From Candidatus Nomurabacteria bacterium GW2011_GWE2_34_25 (GTDB lineage Bacteria > Patescibacteriota > Minisyncoccia > Phycocordibacterales > UBA9973): a DNA stretch of 64,000 nucleotides. Of the stretch, positions 26,329 through 36,726 are shown piece by piece. The stretch spans positions 17,161-81,160 of the forward strand of contig LBPS01000005.1 of the NCBI GenBank assembly GCA_000990325.1, read 5' to 3'. Position 1 is the first letter of the stretch. Every line of letters begins with the position of its first letter. The notes under the pieces are model-generated. The model had not been told where the DNA came from and made no database searches. It saw only the letters and a program-made list of their open reading frames with translations. Made by a program: the position numbers and the translations under genes.

Positions 26329-27336
26329 ATGTCAAAAGATATTAAAATTGTTATGACGGGAGATCGTCCAACAGGTAGATTACACCTTGGGCATTTTGTT
26401 GGTTCTATCCAAAATAGAGTTAAATTACAAGATGAAGCTGAGCAATCGTTTTATATGATAGCTGATTTACAAGCTTTGACAGATAATGCAAATAATCCAG
26501 AAAAAGTAAGTTCCAATGTTTTAGAAGTAGCTCTCGACAATCTAGCTTGTGGAGTTGATCCTAAAAAGACGATAATGTTCGTTCAGTCTAAAATTCCAGA
26601 GATAGCAGAACTTACAGTTTTATTTTTAAATCTTGTAACACTCGCTCGCTTAAAGAGAAATCCAACCGTCAAAGATGAAATGAGGCAAAAAGGCTTTGGA
26701 GAAAATGTTCCTGCTGGCTTTTTAGCTTATCCAGTCTCTCAAGCTGCTGATATTTTATTCTGTAAAAGTAATTTGATCCCAGTAGGTGAGGATCAGCTAC
26801 CAGTTATAGAACAAGTTAACGAAATAGTAGATGATTTTAATCGTTTCTATGGAAAAACTTTTGATCGAGTTAAGCATTTAGTTGGAGATACTCCTCGGTT
26901 GCTTGGTATTGATGGAAATGTAAAGATGAGTAAATCTTTGAATAATGGAATTTATCTTTCTGACAGTTTTGAAGAAATATCCAAAAAAGTTATGAGTATG
27001 TACACTGATCCAAAGCATATTCATGTAAAAGACAAGGGAGAAGTTAAGGGTAATGTTGTGTTTTCTTATCTTGATATTTTTGATCCAAATAAAGAAGAAG
27101 TTGCAGAATTAAAAACTCAATATAAAAAAGGTGGATTAGGGGATGTTATTATCAAGAAAAGATTAATAGGGGTCCTTGAAAATATAATTGGTCCAATAAG
27201 AAAGAAAAGGGAAGAATTAGCTAAAAATCCTAAAGAAGTTATGAAAATTCTAGAAGAAGGAACTAATCAAGCTCAAAAAATTGCACAAGAAACAATGGTC
27301 GAAGTGCGGAAGGCATTAAAAATTAATTATTTTTAA
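26329..27336 (+). CDS. trpS: tryptophanyl-tRNA synthetase
   Basis: TGDRPTGRLHLGH (HIGH-type) and KMSKS; ~335 aa, a class Ic size. Confidence 0.9.
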   Translation: MSKDIKIVMTGDRPTGRLHLGHFVGSIQNRVKLQDEAEQSFYMIADLQALTDNANNPEKVSSNVLEVALDNLACGVDPKKTIMFVQSKIPEIAELTVLFLNLVTLARLKRNPTVKDEMRQKGFGENVPAGFLAYPVSQAADILFCKSNLIPVGEDQLPVIEQVNEIVDDFNRFYGKTFDRVKHLVGDTPRLLGIDGNVKMSKSLNNGIYLSDSFEEISKKVMSMYTDPKHIHVKDKGEVKGNVVFSYLDIFDPNKEEVAELKTQYKKGGLGDVIIKKRLIGVLENIIGPIRKKREELAKNPKEVMKILEEGTNQAQKIAQETMVEVRKALKINYF

Positions 27337-27339
27337 TTT

Positions 27340-27555
27340 ATGAAATTTGTACGCATCTTACTAACGATAGTATTTGGAGTTATCTATTGGCCTGTTAATT
27401 TACTCCATACAAAGGTTCAAAAATGGTATTTTGCAGAGAAGAAAAGGGACATCGTAGTTTGGTATTTATTTACTCCTATTTATTGGATAATTGTTGCAAT
27501 TACTTTTATTATTTCCGTTCCTTATGAATTTGTCATAGCCCGAGATTTACATTAA
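27340..27555 (+). CDS. small hypothetical membrane protein
   Basis: 71 aa with two predicted TM helices. Confidence 0.3.
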   Translation: MKFVRILLTIVFGVIYWPVNLLHTKVQKWYFAEKKRDIVVWYLFTPIYWIIVAITFIISVPYEFVIARDLH

Positions 27556-27591
27556 TCATTTTTATTATTAATATTATTATTCAATATACAT

Positions 27592-28938
27592 ATGCAGCGC
27601 ACATACATTAAAGATTTAAAAGATTTTATAGGAGAAACTATCAGTATTTCAGGCTGGGTAGATGTTCGTCGTGATCAGGGAAAGATGATATTTTTAGATT
27701 TTCGTGATATGACAGGGAAAGTACAAGGAGTTATCTTGCCAAATTACACAGATACTATAGAAGTAGGTAAAACTTTACGCAATGAATTCGCTGTGAAGAT
27801 TAATGGTAAGGTTAACAAAAGACCTGAAAGGAATATAAAAGAAGGAGTTTTGAATGGTGATATAGAGCTTGAAATACAAGAAATAGAAGTGCTAGCTTCA
27901 TCGGCACCTTTACCTTTTGATATATCTCTTAGTGGTTATAATTTGGAATTAACAACAGAACTTGATAACAGAGCTTTAGTTTTAAGACAACCAAAAGTTC
28001 AAGCTATATTTAAAATAGAAGAGACTGTCATAGACTCATTTCGTGATTTTATGAAGCAAAATAATTTCTTCGAATTTCAAGCGCCCTCGATGGTACCAGC
28101 TACTGCTGAAGGCGGAGCAGAAGTATTCCAAATAGATTACTTTGGTAAAAAGGCATACTTATCACAATCACCTCAACTTTACAAACAAATAGTAATGTCA
28201 GCTTTTGAAAGATGCTTCTCTGTGAACAAGGTGTTCCGTGCTGAGCCATCTTCAACAACAAGACATTTGACGGAGATAGTATCACTTGATGCTGAGATGG
28301 CATTTATTGATTCATGGCTTGACGTTCGTGATTTAGCTGAAAATACAGTTAAACATATCTTGAAACAAGTAGAAGTGAGAAATGCTGAACATTTAAAATT
28401 ATTAGAAGTAGAGCTTCCTGTCATGATAGAGAAAACACCAACTCTTTCGCTTAGAGAAGTTCAGCAAAAGATTTTTGATAAATTTGATCGTGATGTTCGT
28501 GGTGAAAAAGACACAAACGCACAAGACGAGAGAGAGATCTGTGAAATAATTAAAGAAGAAACAGGTTCAGACTTTGTATTCATATATGGATATCCAACTC
28601 GCAAAAAGCCTTTCTATATTTATCCAAACCCAGATGAACCAGAATATAACGAAGGAATGGACTTAATCTGTCGTGGAGTTGAATGGCTTTCTGGCGGTAG
28701 AAGAATCAATAATTATGATCAATTACAAAAACATGTAGAACTTTGGAATATGGATCCAAGTAAAGTCAAAATGTTCCTTGAAGCCTTTAAATATGGTGTT
28801 CCTCCAGAAGGAGGCTTCGCCTTTGGAGCAGAACGTATCACAATGCAATTATTGGGCCTTAAAAATATTCGTGAGGCCTGTATGTTCCCAAGAGATATGA
28901 ATCGAATTGATGAAAGATTAACAGATGAAGGATATTAA
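27592..28938 (+). CDS. aspartyl/asparaginyl-tRNA synthetase (class IIb, archaeal/eukaryotic-type AspRS/AsnRS)
   Basis: N-terminal OB anticodon-binding fold (GWV...RDQGKMIFLDFRD), motif 2 FRAEPSSTTRHLTE, motif 3 GGFAFGAERI. Confidence 0.85.
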   Translation: MQRTYIKDLKDFIGETISISGWVDVRRDQGKMIFLDFRDMTGKVQGVILPNYTDTIEVGKTLRNEFAVKINGKVNKRPERNIKEGVLNGDIELEIQEIEVLASSAPLPFDISLSGYNLELTTELDNRALVLRQPKVQAIFKIEETVIDSFRDFMKQNNFFEFQAPSMVPATAEGGAEVFQIDYFGKKAYLSQSPQLYKQIVMSAFERCFSVNKVFRAEPSSTTRHLTEIVSLDAEMAFIDSWLDVRDLAENTVKHILKQVEVRNAEHLKLLEVELPVMIEKTPTLSLREVQQKIFDKFDRDVRGEKDTNAQDEREICEIIKEETGSDFVFIYGYPTRKKPFYIYPNPDEPEYNEGMDLICRGVEWLSGGRRINNYDQLQKHVELWNMDPSKVKMFLEAFKYGVPPEGGFAFGAERITMQLLGLKNIREACMFPRDMNRIDERLTDEGY

Positions 28939-28943
28939 TTAAT

Positions 28944-29720
28944 ATGGAAGATACAGGTCTCACGTCTACCTATAAAGTTAAAGCGGGTACTTTTGAAGGG
29001 CCACTTGATATACTTCTTTCTTTAATTGAACAAAGAAAGCTTTTCGTGAATGAAATATCACTTGCAGAAGTTACCAACGATTACATTGCTTATGTAAAAT
29101 CTATTTCAGACACAAATAGGAGTATCAACGATGTCTCATACTTTGTACTTATCGCTGCTACACTTATCCTGATCAAATCCAAATCATTACTTCCAAATCT
29201 CACACTAACAGAAGATGAGACAGAAAAGATAGTTGACCTCGAAGCAAGACTTAGACTTTATCAGATTATCAAAAACGCAGGTGTTGATATAAAAGCAAAT
29301 TTTGGGACTAAAATTATATTTACTCCCACTGATCGTATTTGGAGTGAGCCCATCTTTTCACCTGACCCGCTTATAACTGTTCCGAATATTTTTTCATCTA
29401 TACAAAGTGTTTTAGCAGAGGTTCCTAAAAAAGAAACAAAACTTCCAGAAATTGAGATAAAAAAGATTATAAATATAGATCAAGTTATCAATAGTTTAAC
29501 CGATCGTATACAAAATGCCATGAATATTTCCTTCCGTGAATTTTCAAAAAGTCATGGAGCAGGGGATGCCGAAGAGGCTAAGGTGCACGTTATAGTTTCT
29601 TTCTTAGCCATGTTAGAATTAGTTAGAGAAGGATTGATAGATGTCATACAGAAAGCTTCTTTTGAGGATATAGAAATAAATAAACAGCAAGAACCTACCT
29701 TGGAAATTATTAATAATTAA
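28944..29720 (+). CDS. scpA: segregation and condensation protein A (kleisin)
   Basis: FEGPLDILLSLIEQRKLFVNEISLAEVTNDYIAYV, the ScpA N-terminal signature. Confidence 0.8.
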   Translation: MEDTGLTSTYKVKAGTFEGPLDILLSLIEQRKLFVNEISLAEVTNDYIAYVKSISDTNRSINDVSYFVLIAATLILIKSKSLLPNLTLTEDETEKIVDLEARLRLYQIIKNAGVDIKANFGTKIIFTPTDRIWSEPIFSPDPLITVPNIFSSIQSVLAEVPKKETKLPEIEIKKIINIDQVINSLTDRIQNAMNISFREFSKSHGAGDAEEAKVHVIVSFLAMLELVREGLIDVIQKASFEDIEINKQQEPTLEIINN

Positions 29721-29761
29721 TTAATACTAGAAGCTAGAACCTAGTTACTAGAACCTAACCT

Positions 29762-30301
29762 ATGGAATTAGAATCAAAAATTGAAGGATTACTTTTTTAT
29801 AAAGGGGAAGATGTCTCTATCAAGAAATTGGCAGAACTTTTAAATGTAAATGAAGAGGCCATAAAAGAATCTCTAAATAAACTTGAACAATCTCTAGTAG
29901 GAAGAGGTTTAGTACTCGTTCGCAAGGACGATAAAGTTGTACTCGGTATAACTGGTGAACTTTCGAGCTTGATAGAATCAATCCGAAAAGAAGAAATCAC
30001 AAAAGAACTTTCACGGGCAACACTCGAGACCCTCTCTATCGTTTTATATAAAAATGGCGTATCTCGAAGTGAGATAGACTATATAAGAGGAGTGAACTCA
30101 AGCTTTATACTTCGTAATTTACTAGTTCGTGGACTTGTTGAGAAAGTGGTAGACAGTAAAGACAGCAGAAGAATACTATATCGACCGACATTTGAAACAT
30201 TATCATATATGAACATAACTTCTATTGATCAATTACCAAACTATATAAACATAGTCTCTTCATTAACAGGTGTTATAAATCAAAACGAAAACAATGACTA
30301 A
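29762..30301 (+). CDS. scpB: segregation and condensation protein B
   Basis: Two winged-helix repeats (LLFYKGEDVSIKKLAELL...); size and position after scpA fit. Confidence 0.8.
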   Translation: MELESKIEGLLFYKGEDVSIKKLAELLNVNEEAIKESLNKLEQSLVGRGLVLVRKDDKVVLGITGELSSLIESIRKEEITKELSRATLETLSIVLYKNGVSRSEIDYIRGVNSSFILRNLLVRGLVEKVVDSKDSRRILYRPTFETLSYMNITSIDQLPNYINIVSSLTGVINQNENND

Positions 30302-31352
30302 TGCTATTAAAATTTTCTTACCAGCGGTTATTAGTTTTATTGTTGGGATTCTTTTAACCCCAATTGCTACACATTATTTCTATAAATATCGAATGTGGCG
30401 TCGAATTTCTCGTAACAACAATTTACCAGAAAAAGAAGTTCCGGGTTTTGCAAAGATTCATGATTGTAACGCTGAAATTTCAACTCCCCGGACTGGTGGA
30501 ATGATAATATGGATTTCTGTAATATTAACCTTAGCAATTATTAGCTTGATCGACTATCTTTTTGTCGCTGATACCACAAACAAAATGTATTTTATTAGTC
30601 GCAGTCAAACACTCCTACCATTTTTTACTTTGATTGTTGCCTCTTTGATAGGTCTGGGAGATGATTTTTTACAAATTTTTGGGCGTGGAAAGTGGACAAC
30701 TGATCCTATTGTTTTGCGTTATATTAAAATAGGAATTATCCTACTTCTAGGATTAATTATTAGTTTTTGGTTTTATTTTAAACTTGGTTATACAGAATTA
30801 TATATTCCTTGGTATGGATTTATCAATCTCGGTTATTTTTTTATTCCATTTTTTCTTTTAATTATGGTGTCACTATGGTCATCAAGTGTTATTGATGGAG
30901 TTGATGGTCTTTCAGGGGGAGTTCTAGCTTCTATTTTCACTGCTTATACTCTTATTGCTTTCTTTAATGGTCAAACAGACTTGGCCACATTTTGTGCTGT
31001 AATTACAGGTAGCACACTAGCTTTTCTTTGGTTTAATATTCCACCAGCTAGGTTTTATATGGGAGAGACAGGTATGATCGGACTCACTGTTACCCTAGCT
31101 GTTATTGCTTTTTTGACTGATACAGTTCTCCTTCTTCCTATCATCGCATTTCCTTTATTTATTACATCTCTTTCAGATGTTATTCAAATAGGTTCAAGGA
31201 AACTTCGAAATGGCAAAAAAGTTTTTCTTTTTGCACCACTCCATCATCATTTTGAGGCACTTGGTTGGCCCAAATATAAAGTAACAATGCGTTATTGGAT
31301 TGTTGGAATCATAACAGCTATTTTAGGAGTTATTATTTCGCTTATAAGTTAA
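30294..31352 (+). CDS. mraY: phospho-N-acetylmuramoyl-pentapeptide transferase
   Basis: 10-TM GT4-family protein with GLGDDF, DGVDGLSGG and the HHHFE motif. Confidence 0.85.
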   Translation: MTNAIKIFLPAVISFIVGILLTPIATHYFYKYRMWRRISRNNNLPEKEVPGFAKIHDCNAEISTPRTGGMIIWISVILTLAIISLIDYLFVADTTNKMYFISRSQTLLPFFTLIVASLIGLGDDFLQIFGRGKWTTDPIVLRYIKIGIILLLGLIISFWFYFKLGYTELYIPWYGFINLGYFFIPFFLLIMVSLWSSSVIDGVDGLSGGVLASIFTAYTLIAFFNGQTDLATFCAVITGSTLAFLWFNIPPARFYMGETGMIGLTVTLAVIAFLTDTVLLLPIIAFPLFITSLSDVIQIGSRKLRNGKKVFLFAPLHHHFEALGWPKYKVTMRYWIVGIITAILGVIISLIS

Positions 31353-31367
31353 ATTAAAAATTAAATA

Positions 31368-32492
31368 ATGGCATCTAATGATAAAAATAAAATAGACAAG
31401 ATATTTTTCGGAATAGTACTTTCTCTTGTTATCATTGGTTTGATAATGTTTATTTCTGCTTCGCTTGGAATTTTAAATAAAAATGAATCAAAATTTTATG
31501 GGGTTATGTTCAATCAAGTCATCTATGGATTATTTGGAGGACTTGTAGCTTTATATTTTGGACTAAAAATCCCGTATAAATTTTGGCGACAATATTCTTT
31601 ACCTTTATTTATAATATCTATAATTGCGACGACTCTTGTATTTGTTCCAGGCTTAGGTATGGAGCACGGAGGATCACGCAGGTGGATTGAAGTTTTTGGT
31701 ATTTCCCTGCAACCAGTTGAATTTTTAAAAATAGGATTTGTTATTTACTTTGCCGCTTGGCTTTCTTGGGTCAAAGGTAGAGTACAAGATTTCCGTTTTA
31801 GCTTATTGCCACTTATCGTACTTCTTGGGATTATCACCGCAGTTCTCATAAATCAACCTGATACAAAAAGTTTAATTTTAATTACCACAACAGCTATGAT
31901 CATGCTTTTTGTTTCCGGTACTCCATGGAAGTATATTCTTGGACTATTTGCTGTTAGTATCTTGGCTTTTGCTATTCTAGCTTTTACTACTCCTTATCTT
32001 CAGAGTCGGATAAAAACTTTTATAAATCCCAATGAAAACGGCAGTACTTCCTCTTATCAAATACAACAATCTTTAATAGCAGTAGGAACAGGTGGTATAG
32101 CTGGCAGGGGCCTCGGGCAGAGTATCCAAAAGTTTAATTATCTTCCTGAACCACAAGGAGACTCCATATTTGCTGTGATAGGAGAGGAGGTAGGATTTAT
32201 CGGTGGAGCTATAATTATTTGCTTGTATGTCGCATTTGCACTTCGTGGCTACCGTATAGCTCACTATGCACCTGACTCATTTTCTAAACTTTTTGTTATT
32301 GGAACTATCACCATCATCACTGCTCAGTCATTTATGAATATTGCGTCTATCATTGGCGTCTTTCCATTAACTGGTGTTCCACTTGTCTTCATGTCTCACG
32401 GTGGTACCGCTTTACTCCTCGATATTGGTCTAATGGGTATAGTCCTCAACATTTCAAAATTTCAAAAATCTCCAACACTAGAGAAAAAATAA
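31368..32492 (+). CDS. ftsW: SEDS-family peptidoglycan polymerase FtsW/RodA
   Basis: 10-TM protein with ...GGSRRWIEVFGISLQPVEFLKIGFVIYFAAW...; it lies between mraY and murG. Confidence 0.85.
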   Translation: MASNDKNKIDKIFFGIVLSLVIIGLIMFISASLGILNKNESKFYGVMFNQVIYGLFGGLVALYFGLKIPYKFWRQYSLPLFIISIIATTLVFVPGLGMEHGGSRRWIEVFGISLQPVEFLKIGFVIYFAAWLSWVKGRVQDFRFSLLPLIVLLGIITAVLINQPDTKSLILITTTAMIMLFVSGTPWKYILGLFAVSILAFAILAFTTPYLQSRIKTFINPNENGSTSSYQIQQSLIAVGTGGIAGRGLGQSIQKFNYLPEPQGDSIFAVIGEEVGFIGGAIIICLYVAFALRGYRIAHYAPDSFSKLFVIGTITIITAQSFMNIASIIGVFPLTGVPLVFMSHGGTALLLDIGLMGIVLNISKFQKSPTLEKK

Positions 32493-32514
32493 AAAATAGG
32501 TTAAAATATAAAAT

Positions 32515-33645
32515 ATGAAAATATTACTTACAGGAGGGGGAACTGGCGGACACTTTTATCCGCTTATTGCTATAGCCGAGAAATTGATTGAGATATCTGA
32601 CAAGGAAAAGATCATTGATTTGAAGCTATACTATATGGCAGACAAACCGTACGATAAACGAATGCTTTTTGAGAATACTATTACTTTTATACAAGTTCCA
32701 GCCGGTAAAATGCGTCTTTATTTTTCGCTGAAAAATATTTCAGATCTATTTAAAACAATGTCGGGTTTATTTTTAGGATTCTTTTCAATGTTTTTTATTT
32801 ATCCCGATGTTGTTATCTCTAAAGGAGGTTATGCAGCCTTTCCAGCAGTTTTTGCATCAAAGTTGCTTCGTATTCCTGTAATAGTTCATGAATCAGATTC
32901 TTATCCTGGTAGATTAAATGTTTGGACTGCTAAATTTGCCCAAAAGGTAGCAATCTCTTGGCCAGAAGCTATTGAATATCTTCCAAAAGAAAAAACAGCA
33001 CACACAGGTCAACCTATTAGGAAAAATATTTTACACGGTGATAGTGCTGGGGCTTTTGAATTTTTTAAGCTAGATTCTTCCTTACCTGTAATTTTAGTAA
33101 TAGGTGGTTCGTCTGGAGCAGAAATAATAAATAATATTATTATAGAAGTTTTACCTGAATTACTGTCAAAATATCAAATAATTCACCAAACTGGTATCAA
33201 TAATATTGATGACGTGTCAGCTAGATCGAAGCTTGTAATGGAAAATAATGAGAATATTTCTCGATATGTAGCTGTCCCATATTTAAACAACTTAGCGACT
33301 AGAATGGCAGCTGGAATCGCCACTATAGTTATATCTAGAGCTGGTTCAGCGATTTTTGAAATTGCATCATGGGGGATACCTTCAATTATTATTCCAATAA
33401 CTAATTCAAATGGAAATCATCAGAGGAAAAATGCTTATAATTATGCCCGAACAAAGGCGTGTGAAGTCATAGAGGAAGCAAATCTTACACCACATGTTTT
33501 AATTTCAGAGATAGATAAGATTATAAATAATAAAGAAAAGCTTGCTTTAATGAAAGAGGGCGCGTTAAATTTTGCAAATCCTGATGCAGCTCATAAAATA
33601 GCATTAGAGGCAATCCAAATAGCTCAATCTCACGAAGAAATATAA
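32515..33645 (+). CDS. murG: UDP-GlcNAc:undecaprenyl-PP-MurNAc-pentapeptide GlcNAc transferase
   Basis: MKILLTGGGTGGHFYPLIAIAEKL N-terminal G-loop and a GT28 fold. Confidence 0.9.
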   Translation: MKILLTGGGTGGHFYPLIAIAEKLIEISDKEKIIDLKLYYMADKPYDKRMLFENTITFIQVPAGKMRLYFSLKNISDLFKTMSGLFLGFFSMFFIYPDVVISKGGYAAFPAVFASKLLRIPVIVHESDSYPGRLNVWTAKFAQKVAISWPEAIEYLPKEKTAHTGQPIRKNILHGDSAGAFEFFKLDSSLPVILVIGGSSGAEIINNIIIEVLPELLSKYQIIHQTGINNIDDVSARSKLVMENNENISRYVAVPYLNNLATRMAAGIATIVISRAGSAIFEIASWGIPSIIIPITNSNGNHQRKNAYNYARTKACEVIEEANLTPHVLISEIDKIINNKEKLALMKEGALNFANPDAAHKIALEAIQIAQSHEEI

Positions 33646-33646
33646 T

Positions 33647-35086
33647 ATGGAAAATCAAACACAAAAAGTAGTTACACGTTTTGCTCCGTCCCCAACAGGA
33701 TTTGTTCATATTGGTAATATTCGCACAGCTTTATATGCTTGGGCTTTTGCTCGCAAAAATAATGGTACTTTCATATTAAGAGTAGAAGATACTGACAAGG
33801 CACGTGAAGTAGATGGTTCCATAGAACACGTTATTGCTTCTCTTAAGTGGCTAGGAATAGATTGGGATGAAGGTCCCGATATAGGAGGCTCAAATGCTCC
33901 ATATAAACAATCCGAAAGATTAGAATCTTATATTAAATATGCAAAAATCCTTATAGAAAAAGGTTTAGCTTATAGCGACCCTTATACAGAAGAAGAAGTT
34001 GAGGCTTTCCGTAAAAAAGCCGACGAAGAGAAAAGGCCATTCTTGTATCGTGATCACAGACCAGAGAATACACCAGTCTGGGACGGTACTAAGCCACTTC
34101 GTTTTAAAGTTACAGATATTAAAAGTTATGAATGGATTGACGTAGTTCGTGGCCATTTGAAAGCTGGACCTGAAGCACTTGATGATTTTATTTTAATAAA
34201 AAGTGACGGATATCCAACTTATAACTTTGCTCATATTATAGATGACCTAGAAATGGGAGTGACTCATGTTATGCGTGGAGATGAATTTATATCTTCAACA
34301 CCTAAATTCTTATCGATCTTTGATGCCTTAGAAATACAAAGACCAGAATTCGTAACACTTCCTCCAATAATGGGAGTTGATGGAAAGAAGAAGCTAGGTA
34401 AACGAGATGGCGCAAAAGACTTTCTTGAATACAAAGAAGAGGGATATTTACCATCAGCAATGATGAACTTCCTAGCCTTCATCGGGTGGAGTCCAGAGGG
34501 AGAGCAAGAAATACTTACACCCGAAGAATTCATAAATCTTTTTGATATTAAAAAGATTCACATAAGCGGAGGTAAGTATAACGAAGAAAAGCTTGATTGG
34601 ATAAACAAGGAACATATCAAAAAGTTATCACCAGAAGAATTAGAGAAAAATATTTTCTATTGGTTACCGACAGAACTTCAAATTAGGAAAATTGTTCCAC
34701 TTATTATGGAGAGGATTTCTAAATTTGGTGATATTAAAAATATGGTAGATAGTGGTGAACTGGACTTCTTTTACAAAGAACCAGAGTACGAAACATCTAA
34801 GTTGATATATAAAGATGTCCCTTTGTCAAAAATTAAAAGTAATTTAGAAGAAGCATTAGGCACTCTACAAAATACAGAAGAGGCTGACTTCACTTTTGAG
34901 AAAATTAAAGCCTTGCTTATGGAAATAGCAAATCATATGGATTCTAGGGGTGAAGTGCTTCACCCACTTCGCTTTGCACTCTCTGGACTCGATAAATCTC
35001 CAGATCCATTCATTTTAGCTGATATTTTAGGTAAAAAAGAAACAATTTCTCGTATTAATAAAGCTATTTCTCTTTTAAATTCATAA
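33647..35086 (+). CDS. gltX: glutamyl-tRNA synthetase
   Basis: RFAPSPTGFVHIGNIRTALYAWAFAR (HIGH) and KLGKRDG (KMSKS variant). Confidence 0.95.
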   Translation: MENQTQKVVTRFAPSPTGFVHIGNIRTALYAWAFARKNNGTFILRVEDTDKAREVDGSIEHVIASLKWLGIDWDEGPDIGGSNAPYKQSERLESYIKYAKILIEKGLAYSDPYTEEEVEAFRKKADEEKRPFLYRDHRPENTPVWDGTKPLRFKVTDIKSYEWIDVVRGHLKAGPEALDDFILIKSDGYPTYNFAHIIDDLEMGVTHVMRGDEFISSTPKFLSIFDALEIQRPEFVTLPPIMGVDGKKKLGKRDGAKDFLEYKEEGYLPSAMMNFLAFIGWSPEGEQEILTPEEFINLFDIKKIHISGGKYNEEKLDWINKEHIKKLSPEELEKNIFYWLPTELQIRKIVPLIMERISKFGDIKNMVDSGELDFFYKEPEYETSKLIYKDVPLSKIKSNLEEALGTLQNTEEADFTFEKIKALLMEIANHMDSRGEVLHPLRFALSGLDKSPDPFILADILGKKETISRINKAISLLNS

Positions 35087-35119
35087 AGTAGTAAAATATG
35101 TAGTATAATAAAGATAGTA

Positions 35120-36394
35120 ATGAAAAAGATTATTTTCAGTACAATTTTTATCGGTATTATTATTTTAGGCTTTTATTCATATTCGTCTGCTCAAACAGTT
35201 GAGGAACTTCAGGCACAAATAAGTAATACAAATAGCCAGATAGAGAAGCTCAATAAGGAGATAGCCGCTCTATCGGGGCAAATAGCAGAAACAGGCCAAC
35301 AGAAGAATACTCTAGCTAATGCCATTAAAGATCTAACCCTTAAGAGAAATAAACTTATTAAAGAAAGAGAGCAGACAGAGAAAAAGATAACAGCGACTGG
35401 ATTAGTAATTAAAACTCTAGATAGTGAAATAGACACTAAAATTACCATTTTAAATAAATCAAAAGAATCTTTGGCCAACTTAATTAAAAATCTTAACCAA
35501 CAAGACGACCAAACCATTCTTCAAAAATTACTATCTCAAGAAAATTTAAGTGATTTAAGTCGTGAATATAATAATATAATTAATTTAAATACTCAATTAA
35601 AAAATTATATAAATAATATTTCTTTACAAAAAGAAAATTTAACTGTATCGAAAGATAAAAAAGAGGAAGAAAAAAATGTTTTAACTACACTCAAAAAGAC
35701 TTTGACAGTCAAAGAAATGGAAATATCTGCTAATAAAAAAGAAAAGGATACTCTACTTAAGGAAACTCAAAACAAAGAATCAGAATATAAGAAACTTTTA
35801 GCTGAAACAGAGAAGAGAAAAGATGCCTTTGAGAAGGCTATTGAAGATTATGAAGCTCAGATTAAATTTATTTTAAATCCTAAATCAATTCCAAAAGAAG
35901 GTTCAGGTGTATTGTCTTTTCCACTTAGTTCTATATTAGTCACATCTCCTTTTGGAGCCAGATGGGGAAGATTTCATTATGGGATAGATTTCCGAGCAAA
36001 AGTTGGAACTCCTGTCATGGCTATGGCAACGGGTACAGTTCTAGGGACTGGCGATACAGATACTGCTTGTAAGGGAGCTTCATTTGGTAAATGGGTTTTT
36101 ATAAAATACAACAATGGGCTTTCAAGTACCTACGGCCACTTATCTTCTATTTCAGCTAATGTTGGAGATAAAGTAAGTTCAGGCGACGTCGTCGCTCTCT
36201 CTGGTAATACTGGATCATCAACTGGTCCGCATCTACACGTAGCTGTATATGCCTCTGACGGAGTAAAGGTGGATACTGTGCCTAGTAAAAGTTGTGGTGG
36301 CAAAATCTTCACTCAGCCAATTTCAGCCTTAAGTGCATACCTAAATCCAGGGTTATATTTACCTAAAATACTAGCAAGTATGATAAAGAAATAA
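35120..36394 (+). CDS. M23 peptidase (LytM domain) with N-terminal signal/TM and long coiled coil (EnvC-like)
   Basis: HYGIDFRAKVGTPVMAMATGTV...GHLSSI...STGPHLH, the M23 zinc-ligand motifs. Confidence 0.8.
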   Translation: MKKIIFSTIFIGIIILGFYSYSSAQTVEELQAQISNTNSQIEKLNKEIAALSGQIAETGQQKNTLANAIKDLTLKRNKLIKEREQTEKKITATGLVIKTLDSEIDTKITILNKSKESLANLIKNLNQQDDQTILQKLLSQENLSDLSREYNNIINLNTQLKNYINNISLQKENLTVSKDKKEEEKNVLTTLKKTLTVKEMEISANKKEKDTLLKETQNKESEYKKLLAETEKRKDAFEKAIEDYEAQIKFILNPKSIPKEGSGVLSFPLSSILVTSPFGARWGRFHYGIDFRAKVGTPVMAMATGTVLGTGDTDTACKGASFGKWVFIKYNNGLSSTYGHLSSISANVGDKVSSGDVVALSGNTGSSTGPHLHVAVYASDGVKVDTVPSKSCGGKIFTQPISALSAYLNPGLYLPKILASMIKK

Positions 36395-36448
36395 AGTTGT
36401 AAAAAAATAAAAAATATGTAATTATATTAAAGTATTTGTTATATATAT

Positions 36449-36530
36449 GCCCGAGTGGCGGAACTGGTATACGCGCACGACTTAAAATCGTGTCTCGTAA
36501 GGGATGTGGGTTCGATTCCCACCTCGGGCA
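36449..36530 (+). tRNA. tRNA-Leu (anticodon UAA)
   Basis: Hand-folded: acceptor GCCCGAG/CTCGGGC, anticodon stem CACGA/TCGTG with loop CTTAAAA, a 13-nt variable arm (class II), T-arm GTGGG-TTCGATT-CCCAC. No encoded CCA. Confidence 0.85.
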
Positions 36531-36601
36531 CAAAATAAAAAAGACGACGAAAGTCGGTCTTTTTTATTTTGTGCCCGAAACGAGTGAACTACTTCACTCG
36601 T

Positions 36602-36687
36602 GAGGTGGAAATCGAAAGACTTTTTGTTCTCTGGTATTAACCAGAGCAAAAAGTACCAGCGACCATAGGGCGAGATACTCCCACCTC
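36602..36687 (+). ncRNA. candidate structured RNA element between tRNA-Leu and gatB
   Basis: Closed by GAGGTGG...CCACCTC. The interior has GACTTTTTG/CAAAAAGT and CTCTGGT-atta-ACCAGAG helices. Long hairpins at 36521-36600 precede it. Confidence 0.3.
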
Positions 36688-36726
36688 TATTTTCCCAATT
36701 ATTAAAATTTTGCTATACTCATACAT

